DNA of 60,310 nucleotides, taken from positions 1-60,310 of IMG/VR virus record IMGVR_UViG_3300032304_000756; one strand, written 5' to 3'. This document shows, in pieces, positions 17,789 through 29,700 of this stretch. The position numbers and the translations under genes are program-made. This stretch comes from a virus (Duplodnaviria; Caudoviricetes). Below the pieces are notes generated by a model that was given only the letters and a program-made list of their open reading frames with translations, was not told the origin of the DNA and ran no database searches. How positions within the stretch are numbered: the stretch's first letter is position 1; each line of letters opens with the position of its first letter.

Positions 17789-20097
17789 AGTACGTTTCGT
17801 CCAGTATTAATGATGTAGTTTAATGTTAGATACGGATTCATAACATTAAATTGTGATTGAATAGAAACACCGCCGGCTGTTTTTGGATAATCTAAAATGC
17901 CGCCCGAGTCTGCCATGTATTGACCTCTTGCTGTAGTAGTTGACCCTTCTCCGCTAATAGCGTTATTGTCCGATGGATCACCTGGCACGTTTCTAAACGC
18001 ATAATATTTGTTTTCGTCATCGCCGATCAAATCGTGTACGTGATCTGGTATTTCATTGGTTGCGATAAGTTTCTTCTCAACTCCACTGCCTTGTCCTACT
18101 ATATCCGCTGCCGCATCTGTAACTCTATTTGCGGCGCCGCCGCTTGTGGAAATTAGATCTGTAGGATCAAGTTTGCTCGGTACAGTAATACCGTTATTCA
18201 TATTATCCCTTGCCAGTGGCATTCTGCCGCGCATATCAGGAAGTTTAAATGTACCCAATCCTTCCAATGTAGTGATGTCACCAAACTGGTAGGCAATAAT
18301 ATCAAACAATTCTGGATAGGCGGAAACTAAAACTTCTGAGCCATCGCAGAATAACCAACCTTCGGGTGCTGTTAATCCAGCAAATGGTAATACTACACCG
18401 CAAGGTGTTACTGGTATTGCTTGCCACAGACTTTGTTTTGTAATCTTTTTAAGACCTTCTGCGCCGCGCTGTACAACAAACTCATCGCCTTCTGCAATAG
18501 CAGTAACTTCAGGTTTGTCTGCAATAAACGATTCGCTTAACTGTGTAAAAAATCGTTTTCTGTTGCCGCTTAAACCAAATCTTGATACTGCGCCTGCTGA
18601 TGTTTGTGGTCCAGTTTGTGTGCTGGCATACTTAACATAAGTAAGACCGCCATCAGTAACTGTGTAAGTTCCCCTGTACCCTGTTGGAGCAATACCAGAA
18701 ACTACAATAGTAGACCCTGTTGGATACGGTGCAACTATTTGTGCCACAAACGTTAATGTTGCTTCTGTACCATTGCCCGAGGCAGTAAGTGTATTAAGGG
18801 TAGGCGTGCCTGTTTGCCCGTCAAATTCAACTTCGTTGGAAGTAACATCGCCGTCTAAATCAAAGATAGTTGGTGAAGCAAGTTTTGTAGATGAGCCGCT
18901 GGCATTTCCAGTCAATGATCCAAATACGTTACCATAAAATTCTCCGTCAAATCTCGAACTCCATATACGTTGAAACTTTTTGTCTACTGTTCCAATGTCT
19001 GCACCTAAATTTACATCTGGTAGGATAACGCCCGCTACTGTTACTGTGTTTGTGTTGTCGGTTCCAAACGACACGTTGCCTGCAATGTCTAGTGCGCCGG
19101 CAACTGTTAGACTAGAACCAAAGGTAGCACTGCCGTCAGCAGTAATGTTGCCGGATGCATTAAAGTCGCCTCCCACATCTAAGTCAGTTTGTGGGTTAAT
19201 ATTATTAATACCAACTCGCTCTGAGCTGTCAATACGCATGACTGTACGGATAGCACCGTTATTATTCATACGAATATCTAAGTTACTACCAGATGTTTTA
19301 TGAAAGATTACGCCTGCGGCACCGTCAATACTTAAATTTAACTGAGTATCTTCACCTACTGCTAATCCTGCGGCATTTCTAATGTTAATAGGAAATGTTG
19401 TGTTACTGGTTGCATCACCTCGTAGGAAGTTTGATGCAGACACTGTGGTTGAGCCAACTAATAAAGCCGCGGCCTTTTCAGCAGTGCCCCAGTAAGTATT
19501 ATAATTACTGTTTAAATTGACACCTGCTTTGATTACTTGAAAACCTGTAATCAACGTCTTTGGTGTAAATGCTGTTTTACTAATAATACAAACACGCTCG
19601 CCGTTGATGTAGTTTGAAACAACAGGTTGAGCATTACTTAATGTATCTTCGATGAATTCTGGTTCTGCACCAGTACGAGCACCTTCACTGAATCTTGGGC
19701 CAACTAATATCCAACCTGAACCAGTGTATAGATATAACTGTTGTGTGTCAGTGTTTACCCATAAGTCGCCAGGTAAACTTGTTGCTAGTTCTGGTTCAGC
19801 GTTGCCTTTCTTTAGACCGCCCGCACTGGACCAACTGGTGCCGTCCCAAACTTTGAGTTGGTTAACACCTGTGGTATTATCATACCACAATTGACCTTCT
19901 ACTGGATTAAGTGGTGCGCTATCGTTGGCAAAGTTCTCTAATAGATGTAAAAAGTTTTCAGCAATAATTGTACCATAACCAGTAACGTTACGACCTGGAA
20001 ATTGTAACGATGTTGCATCATTAATGGTGTTATCTTCTACCGTTAATGCTGGTTTATCTAAATTTGTTGAATCTGTATATCTAACTTGGTATGACAT
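17785..20097 (-). CDS. Tail fibre protein with tail-collar domain
   Basis: 'PCGVVLPFAGLTAPEGWLFCDG...YPELFDII...FKLPDMRGR' and C-terminal 'NPYLTLNYII' match the phage tail-collar domain. Confidence 0.85.
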   Translation of the reverse strand: MSYQVRYTDSTNLDKPALTVEDNTINDATSLQFPGRNVTGYGTIIAENFLHLLENFANDSAPLNPVEGQLWYDNTTGVNQLKVWDGTSWSSAGGLKKGNAEPELATSLPGDLWVNTDTQQLYLYTGSGWILVGPRFSEGARTGAEPEFIEDTLSNAQPVVSNYINGERVCIISKTAFTPKTLITGFQVIKAGVNLNSNYNTYWGTAEKAAALLVGSTTVSASNFLRGDATSNTTFPINIRNAAGLAVGEDTQLNLSIDGAAGVIFHKTSGSNLDIRMNNNGAIRTVMRIDSSERVGINNINPQTDLDVGGDFNASGNITADGSATFGSSLTVAGALDIAGNVSFGTDNTNTVTVAGVILPDVNLGADIGTVDKKFQRIWSSRFDGEFYGNVFGSLTGNASGSSTKLASPTIFDLDGDVTSNEVEFDGQTGTPTLNTLTASGNGTEATLTFVAQIVAPYPTGSTIVVSGIAPTGYRGTYTVTDGGLTYVKYASTQTGPQTSAGAVSRFGLSGNRKRFFTQLSESFIADKPEVTAIAEGDEFVVQRGAEGLKKITKQSLWQAIPVTPCGVVLPFAGLTAPEGWLFCDGSEVLVSAYPELFDIIAYQFGDITTLEGLGTFKLPDMRGRMPLARDNMNNGITVPSKLDPTDLISTSGGAANRVTDAAADIVGQGSGVEKKLIATNEIPDHVHDLIGDDENKYYAFRNVPGDPSDNNAISGEGSTTTARGQYMADSGGILDYPKTAGGVSIQSQFNVMNPYLTLNYIINTGRNVL

Positions 20098-20099
20098 AA

Positions 20100-20714
20100 T
20101 TAAGCCTCATTAAAACCGGTTAAGCTCTGTACTCGAACTGTGTAGTCGATTTGAATTAAGCGGTTTAAACTTTTTTGTACAGGGTGGAAAATAACGTGTG
20201 TCAGTAGTCGACCTGTTCCAGCAGAGTCGAAACCTCTTAAACCTAGCTCATCAAACACATACTCTCCATCAGTATATGTGGCGTTGTCAAACGCATCCTG
20301 GTTGCTGGGCTCGCCGTAATCTAATAAACAAGTGATAAGAATATCTGTGTAATTTGTACCAGTAACATGACGAGTTTCTATCTTGTTTCTTGTCGGATCT
20401 AAGTTATTTGTGCTTCTATCGTCTACTACTTTGATGTATGTTTCATTGTAAAGACTGGCATTGGATCCTGTGCTGTTAGGGGTTAGGTATGTAATAACTC
20501 CGGTAGGGTCAACTGATGTGCCGCCGTTACCGAATACCATTTCATATATAAACCCCTTGCCAGCATTTGCTAAACTTTCTGCTAGAGATATACTCATATT
20601 TTCATAATGAATAGCGTTTTTCTTATCAATAAAAACTTCCTTAGTAGTTGGGTCAAATATCTTGATATGCCCTTGTACTCGGATTCCTGAATTTTCGTTT
20701 GGTTTTGTTGTCAT
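20100..20714 (-). CDS. Putative baseplate/tail structural protein
   Basis: Context, plus 'FDELGL...LLTHVIFHPVQKSLNRLIQIDYTVR'. Confidence 0.6.
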   Translation of the reverse strand: MTTKPNENSGIRVQGHIKIFDPTTKEVFIDKKNAIHYENMSISLAESLANAGKGFIYEMVFGNGGTSVDPTGVITYLTPNSTGSNASLYNETYIKVVDDRSTNNLDPTRNKIETRHVTGTNYTDILITCLLDYGEPSNQDAFDNATYTDGEYVFDELGLRGFDSAGTGRLLTHVIFHPVQKSLNRLIQIDYTVRVQSLTGFNEA

Positions 20715-20735
20715 GTTAAAGTCACCTGTATTCTA

Positions 20736-20742
20736 TATTTAT
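20736..20742 (-). promoter_or_regulatory. Late promoter box
   Basis: ATAAATA on the minus strand overlapping the stop of the giant gene. Confidence 0.55.
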
Positions 20743-23700
20743 CGAGGCAGATTCGCAGTCTTTGCACGAACGAATTTTGCTTGGTCTGATTGTGAATCCA
20801 CAAGGCTTTGCCCTTGTGCTACCCACGCTTGTCCTACTTTCTTTTGCACAATTACTTTTGCACCGTTTTTTGGTGGTTCTGTTAAACGCACATAAGCACC
20901 CACATTTTTGTTTACCGCAAATTCTGCTTGTAACTGTTTGTCGCCACTTGGGCTATCTGGTCCAATACTTTCGTCCCACACCGCAGTTGGTGTTTTACGT
21001 AGGCGTTGTCCAGCAACAAATACTTCAATATCTAATCCTTCCCAGTATTCTAATGGAATACTTGTGTAGTCTAGTACAGTTCCTGTGCCAGATCCAATGG
21101 CTGTGGCAATAAATTCTGTGCCAATAGTATTAGAGCTTGCACCAATACTCATATAATCAGTAGTTCCTACAGTATTGACTTTGTAGCCTCTGCCCACTTG
21201 AATATTTGCTACACTGATTTCAGCAGTTTCTTTGTACCATGGGCCAGTTTCTGCCGGGTTCCGTGTAGTTGCAGTATTAACTATTGGACTGAACGGTAAT
21301 AAGATTTGCACATATCTAATAGCCGCAGGTTGTACATAACTGGTCTGAGCCACTGTGACTGGACCAACACTAAATGATGGATTTAAAATTACTAAATCAT
21401 ACGCACCAACTACTTCTGCTTGGCTGATAAATGTTAGTGTTGTACTACTTACATAGGTAGTGTTGCACTTGGCTTTCATATGTGAACCAATCATTTCGCC
21501 TGTGCTTACAGATAATGCGGCTGGACTGCCGCCTTTGGTTTCGCTTACTGTAATATAATACTCGTCTGTGACGGTATCTTGCCCCACAGTCAATATGTAG
21601 TAAGAAAGTTGCGAATCGATACCGCCAAATACTGCGCCACTGAACACTATTTCTTTGCCCACAAACAATCTATCAATTGAACTAACAATTATTTCATTTG
21701 CTGAATTAATTTCAGTGGCAACAAATGTGGTCAGTACTGTTGGATCTCCTACTATAACTTCAACTTTATCTGTAAAACCTGTTCCTTTAACAGTGACTAC
21801 TTGTCCACCCAATGGGAACGCCGTAGTGTTATTAAAATTATACTTGACAGAAGATACACTCATACCAAAACTATTGTTATAAATTTCAGAAGCCTGTGTA
21901 TAGCCACCCGCTACAAGCACAACAGTTTCTGTTTCATCTTTATAAGGAATACTTTGATTTGTACTTGCATCAAGTACCGCTGTGCCTGCCAAGTGTGTTT
22001 CTGGAACGCCTGTGCCTAAAGTTCCTCTGCGTAGGAATCTTAATGTATTTCCATCTTTTTCAAGATATTCAATACGTTCTCTGTCAATGAATACAATACC
22101 TGCTTGATTTTGACTGCGTAGTGGTTCTACTAATCCGCTGGCATCTTCCAACACAATGCCGGTGTCGTAGTAATTTAGCGGCTGAGCCAATATTCCGGTT
22201 GCGGCTGCATCTAATCTCTTATAGAATGTTCTATTCAACATGTCTTTGAATATTCTATATCCAAACGGACGGCCTGTGGTAACATTGCTACTAAACACAA
22301 TAACGTCAACCACATCAGTTGTTAATAGTTTTTTGTTTTTGTCAATTTGTACGTATGTTAGATTATCTTCTAAAATGTAATCAATTTCAGGCGTTAATAA
22401 CTCTCCGTTTAGTGCAATCCATATGTACTGCGCACCCAACGCTGAATTTCTAAGTTGAATACGTCCTGCTAGTAATTGATTTAATCTATAATAATCAGTT
22501 GTTCCCACGGTCACTGTACTTGCAGTGGTGACATAGTCATTGTTACGCTCGATATCTAAAATATCGTGGTTGGTAAATGTAGTAACTGTGAATTTTTCAT
22601 TTGCTGAATAACTATCGAACAATCTTAATTGGACTCCCGTTGAGTCTTCTTCTATAGAGTACTCAGCATTTTCTAAAATTACCAACGCTACCTTATCACC
22701 AACCTTGGCGACGCCGCGTTTAATTGTCAATTGATTGCCAGATGATTTCCAGGTAAATTGTCTAGAAATACCTAACTCTACGCCGTTTAAGTAAACTTTA
22801 ACTTTGTTCGTATCAATTGTGTTGATAGCATAATCTACTGTGCTCACAGAGTAAGTACGGACAGTTCCGACAACATCAAAATAAATTGTATCCGCCGGGC
22901 GCAGAATCTTTCCTGCATATTCAACCAGTACATTATTATCAAACGGATTCAAGTTACCTGGAGTGTTATCTAAACTATAGATCTGGCTGGTCCCATCGTA
23001 TACTACTGTTTCTGTAGTAACCCTACTAACTGTGTTTAATGCAGAGCTGATAATTGTGTAGTCAATAATTGCTGTGTTGGCCGGAGGTGTGTCAAATCTA
23101 ATACCAATATTTCCAATTTCACTATATGTATTGTCAGTTACAAATGTAGTCACAGTTGCTGGCACTCCATTAACTGTTACTAGTGCAGAGTAGTCTCCAC
23201 TCCAACGAGCAACAGTAACAAATTCGTCTGATACTCCGTCTCCCGTAAATGCGTCTGAGTCTAAAACACTAGTACCGTTTTTACTCATTGATGTAACTAC
23301 AACTTCACTGCCCACTGGTAAGTTGGTTGGGAATACAATTTTTTGTAATGCATAGTTTAGTGTGTAATCAACATCTTGTTCTTTTATTAAGCCATTTAAT
23401 TTAACAAATGCCGCTTGTGTGCTGTTTGGACGTTGACCGATTAAGAATTCATTTTCTGGTTCTGTTGTTATGTAATGTCTTGTGACAATAATCGGTGTTC
23501 CATCTTCTACTGTATGATACACTGTAATTGCCACCGAGTCTACGACTTGTCCAGTTACTACTTCTTCTGGAGCATGACTGGTTGTAGCAGTAACAAAATT
23601 GTCACCGTCTAAGGTAATATCCTCTGCACGAATGCCTCTGGCTGTCGAGTATGTGAAGTCGCCGCCAGTGATTTCAGAATCCAGATATTGTTGATTTGGT

Positions 23701-26700
23701 CTAAAACTACCATCGCTGGTGCTCTTACGGAAAATAATAGTGTCTCCGCTGTTTACATCAACGTATGCTGGAATAATTATAGGCTCAACTGTGCTGCCGT
23801 CTCCTACAAATGTTTGCATTTGCGCATCTGCATTTACAATATCCGGGGCCGCATTTAACGTTGCCAATTTTGCGGCGACGTCTAACGTTTTACTAGATAC
23901 TTGATTTTCTTTTGCTGTCAACAGCGTTTGAGCATCGTCTAAATTGTCTTGAGCAATTACAAGATCCGCAATCAACTGTGTTTCCTGAAGTTGATTTGCA
24001 GCCAGTGTGGCTTGTAAAGAAAAGTATAACGGATCGCTTGGAGGAGTTATTAGCAGTTGAGCTTCTAAATCTGCTATGACTGCCTGTGTATCAATTAACT
24101 CTTGTGTTAGTGTGCCTACAATTTCTTGTTTGGCATCTTTATCTGCTTGAAGAATTAGTTCCTCTGCTGTAAATGTCGCCAGTTGAGAAACTGCTGTGTT
24201 GTATGCTGTTTCTGCCGCAGTGTATTCGTCGTAGTTAACATCGTCAATTCGAACACCGTTGATATAGATATTAATTTGTTCGCCGTCTGCTGGAATGTAG
24301 GATAGAGTATAAGAACGTGTAGTTCCGTCTGACACAACTAAAAAGTCAGTGTAGTCCTCATCAAAATCGTCCCACCCTGCTGTGAACCAAGGCAAACCAT
24401 CCCACCCCGAACTGATTTCAAAGCCTAGACCTGTTACTTCAACACCACCGTAATCAACCCCTTGCATCAACTGTCCAAGATCTTTACCAATCTGTCCAAT
24501 GCCGGGTGCATAATAATATTGAATTCTATCAGCGGCTGTTAGTAGTCTGATATCTTTGGTGTAAGAAACAATAACATTGGCTGCACCAATTTCTGCCGCT
24601 GATGTCAATTCAAGCACACCAACATATCGTGTATAACCCAATGAAGTATCTTTTTTATTATAAACAACGAAATCACTGGTCAATAATTCTTCATTAGATA
24701 CTGTGACTGCTGTTTTATTTGTTCTAATATCCAAAGGCCAGTTTAATTCAAATCGTGTTCTAGAACCTGTGCCGTCAAATGTCTGTGTCATAGTTATGGC
24801 ACTGATTTGATACTCGGGAATTATTCTATCAAACTTAACTCCAATGGTATTGGTACGTGCAAGTCCTTCGCCCAGCACTGCTGTGGCCATCGCGGGAGTT
24901 CCTGTGGCATTTACAGAACCGCTAATAACAACTGTTGGCGTTGTTAGATATCCTTCACCTTTAATTTCTACAATTATTTTTGTAACTGACCCTTGAGATA
25001 TGTATGCTTTGGCTGTTGCCTTGACTCTAGATGTGCCTACAATTTCAACAGCAGGAGATGCCTGATATCCCGATCCACCGTCTGTAACTATTATTTCAAC
25101 AACACGGTATCCTAGGTTGTCTAACCAATCGCTGTAAGGTGCGTTTAAAATTGCAGATGATGTGTACGCCACTGCTGAGTTTGCAACTTTGACAGTGAAT
25201 GGAACAATCTTTCCTTCTTCAGAGTCGTAACGTGCAGGAAGGTCAAAATCTGTAGTGCCAGTATATGTGTTGTCGTTAGCAGTATAATTACTGATAAATT
25301 CTCTAATCTTACTTCTGTAAGGTTTTACTTCATTGATATATTCTTCGTAACTAGATAAGTTATCATTTTTATAGTTAACTTTTTGACGTAACTCACCAAG
25401 ATTATGTTGGCTCTTGATAAACGATGTCTTAAATGCCCAGTCAACAAACGTTTGTTCTGAAAATACATATCTTAAACTTGCAAAGAATAATTTATTGTAT
25501 TCAATTTCTAAGTCATCGATTAGTAAGTTATTTTTAATAACATCGAGAATTATTCTTAATTCCTCTTTTGGTTCGTCATCATATACATCGCCATCATAGG
25601 TGAAACTATCGAAACCAATATTGCTGTTAGTAAAATTATACAAGTTACTATTAAATTGTATAGTTCCGTTTTGGCGGCCAACTGTATTATAATTCAATGA
25701 CACATTATCTGTGACCAAGGTGTTTATTCTTTCTAACAATAACCAGCCGCCGGATTTTTCGTTCTTGATTTTTACTAAATCGCCTACAGCAATATCGATG
25801 AAACTCATTTCATAAGAAAAATCAACCTGATGGTCTACTTTAGTAAATGCACTATAGCCATTGGCATACCAATCGGCATAACTCCAGTGTTTTGTTACGT
25901 CATAAATTTGCGTTTTAGATCTAAACCAATTGCCAATTGCACTATCCCAAATGTACATACTCCACTTGTTTGCGGCTGTTTCATCATTGTTCACTAAAAT
26001 TGTAAATGGTCTAACATACAAAATAGTAGAGTCAAGATAATCTCTGCCGGAATTATCCACAGTCACACTTGTAACTTCTCCGATAGAATTAATTCTAGCA
26101 GTTAACTTTGCACCATTGCCGTTACCAGTAATTGTAATTTCTGGTGCTATTTTGTAGCCTCTTCCGGGCGTTGTAACAACTACTCGAACAATTTTTCCTG
26201 CTTCTACTACTGGTATAACAGTTGCTTGAATAAATCCAGTTGAGCCGACAAACCGTATCTGACTTTGACTATCAATTGCAATATCGAACTTACCAGATAA
26301 TTCTGTTGGTGGTTCTTCTTTGGAATTTAAATCTGTAAAATTAAAATCGTCAATTATAGCACGAGATATCAACACTGAATTAACACGTTCAATAAATTGT
26401 TTTAGTGCTTCTAGTCTATTAATAAACATGCCTTGACGGGGTTTGTTTAAAATACCGTATTTTAATTTAGCAGGTAATCGTGTATCTGGAACTTCCGAAC
26501 CATTGATATCGTATCCTATTAAACTGTCAAACCATTTTTGTTCAACATACTTGTTGAGTTTCTTATTTGTATTTCCTTCGGCCAATAACTGATAATGAGC
26601 ATGAATATTATTTTCAGTATTATTAACAATCCAATAGCGAACATTTAATGCAACATCTTTGCCAGTGATTAGGCCTTTGCAGTTTACAAGAGCAAACTGA

Positions 26701-29700
26701 TTTTTACCTAATAGTGTAGCATACTGGATGCCTTGACCTTTTGGATTTGCTATTAACTTTGCCACATCATTGGCAGACGTTTTTCTAAATGTTACATTAG
26801 GTACTGTTGTTTTATTTTTTACCCAGAAATAATAGGTATTAGTGAATGTCTTGCTGATACTGTCGTATGACTGCTTAGTACTATAGACTAGATCGCCGTA
26901 CTTAGAAGTACCGCTAATACCCAATGCTAATCCAGTTTCGGTATCGGCTAAAGAATCCCATTCACTAGGTGTGTACTCAGATTCTACCCATTCATAGATG
27001 TCAACGCTGGCGTCATTATATACATTATTCCAAGTGTTTGCTTTATAAACTATAGAACCTTGTAATGGATTAGCAAATTTAATTGTGCTAAGATCCCACC
27101 ATAATTTACCAATGTGCGGTTTTGTCCATCCCATTAACAAATCTACCACCACGTTTTCTACACCGATTGTATAGATTGCCGGATCATAATATGTTTTAAA
27201 TGATAATTCTTGTTCTGCAATACCTAATATTTTTCCTGTGACAGGATCAATAAAATCTAGATTTGCAACTACATCATTTGTTCTAGTGTTGTATAAAAAT
27301 AAAGATTTAATTTTAGATAAATTGACACTGGGCTCGGGTTCTCTAAACTTAGTCCAAGACTTATTACTGCCTGTAAATTCGTAAAATGCTCCAGCGGTAG
27401 ATGTTTGATCGTTTACATAAACGTTTCGTGCTACAATAACAGCATCGCCGTAATTAATTCCCGACACTGCGGTTGGCTCTAATTCATCACCAATTAAAAA
27501 TTTAGTATCATACTTTTCGTAGATGCGAATACTGCCTGTAAATTCTTGTTCTTCAACGAACTTGGTAACATTTAAATCAAATGTGGTATTTCCGTCATCG
27601 ATAAATGTTTCAATTGTTTGACTTCCGCCGTAACTATAAATTACAAGTTTGTCGTTGTCTAAATTAAAACGAACTCTATAACCAAATTTTTCACTGTCCT
27701 GATTCAACGGACTTGTAATAATATCGTTGGCAACGTAAGTAGAACTGTTCAATTTGAATATTGCAACTGCACCTTGATTTGATGCTACATTTGAATATCC
27801 TGGAACACCCACTGCTATAAAGTTTGCATCGTTGGTGATTGCCACTGATGTTCCAAAGTTACTGCCAGTTTCTAATATTTCAACAGAAATAAAGTCGCTG
27901 ATGTTAATTTCTTGCACAGATACAAATGTTGTACCCGATAATCTTGTAACTAACACCGACTCGTCATTTTTAGATATAGTGATTGTGTTGTTCGATGCAA
28001 CATCTATATCAGTTATGTCAATGCCGACTGGCAGTGTTAGTGTTGCTAGGAAGGTATTTGTTGTTAAGTTATACGCAGATAAAGACGCAGGTATAATTGT
28101 ACTACCATCTATCGATAGTCCACCTTTAGAAACAATGTATAGTACATTACCGTTTACCTGTAACTTTTGTCCAAAATATTGAAACTCTGTCGGAGTAGAA
28201 CTTTGAATTACTCTCGTAAATTCATAACTTCCGTAGATATTTTTTGTATATTGTGCAACATATCCAATATCCACTTCTGTGATTACAGGAGGATCTGTTG
28301 GTAACGGACCGGGTGTTGATGTGATACCGTATCTAGGAGCACCAATAAACAAATATGTGCCGTTGGCATTAAAACACAAACTATCGCCAAAACTTCCATT
28401 TGTGTCTGTGAATGTTTCTGTAGACAGTGGAAATATAGAATCTTGGAACGCCCAACCAAAGGAGGGCGTTGGTCTGCTGTAAAATAACACTGCGTTGGTA
28501 GAGGTTGCGGCCAGTACCGTTTCGGTTCCGTCAACCGCTAGTACTTTACCAAAGTAATTTTCTTCGCTGGTAATTTTTGTACTGGAATAAGTCTTGGTAA
28601 ATTTCCAAACACTCCACGCATTATCGATGCCGTCTGTCCATACAATTTCATTATTTTTCTTAGCAGATACTGGCAACGAATTTAAGTCGTCGATTGACGA
28701 CAAACGCTGAGGAGTAAACTTAAATAAATTAATGTTTAATGCTTGATTAATTTCTGCAATAGCCGCAGTATCTAAATCTGCAGGCATTGCTATCTCGAAC
28801 CAGTTTAGTCCCACAGCAATAACTTTTTTAATTCCTTCTAACGATGTGATGGTATTGTTAATACCTATGTAAGATCCCACTACAATATCTACCGGAAGTT
28901 TAGTAGTTAGAATAAATCTAAAATTTGTTACTTCCTCGACCTGTTTAATCGATTTGGCGAAAATAGTAAATCTGTAAACATTCCACGAACTGTTGTCGAA
29001 TCCCAACCAGAAATATGTACCTTCTACAAGGTCCTTTATATTGTAAGTGGCAAAATCATCTTTAGACGAAATTACATAATCGACGTCCTCATAGTTTACA
29101 TATCCAGCAGTTCGAATATATTCTTTTTGCGAGGCAAGAACTGGGAACGGCTCGTGAGTATAGTCGTCTGGTTTTAAATAAACTTGATCCGCAGTAATGC
29201 GATATACAAAGTCATTTACCCCAAACGGCACCGATGTAACAAGTTCAATCGGTTGAGGATTTATTAAGAATTTTTCTTCGTTGAGAATATATTCAACTTC
29301 TTCAAATCCACCGCTGGCGCCATACTGCCCTAATCTGATAGCCCACTCTTCAAAGAATTCTAAACTGTCAGTGTTTGCATAATTCAGTGCATCAAATAAT
29401 TTGGAAAGGCTGTTTTGTGTACCCTTTTCTTGAATCATGCCTTGATAAAATTTATATTGACTTACATCGTCATTAATAATATTTTCAAGATACTGACGTT
29501 TTTGATAACCAATTAAATGCTGTGCAAATTTTTGTTGGTCCACATCAAAACTATCTGTGTCTAAATCATAGAAATCTTCAAACTGTGAAGCACGGTAGTC
29601 CCAGTTAGGAATTAATTTAGATTCTGGCTTGTCGGCAAGTATATACCAATCGTCATCGTTGAACAATTCTGTTCCAGGAATATTTGTTCTAGCACTGTAG

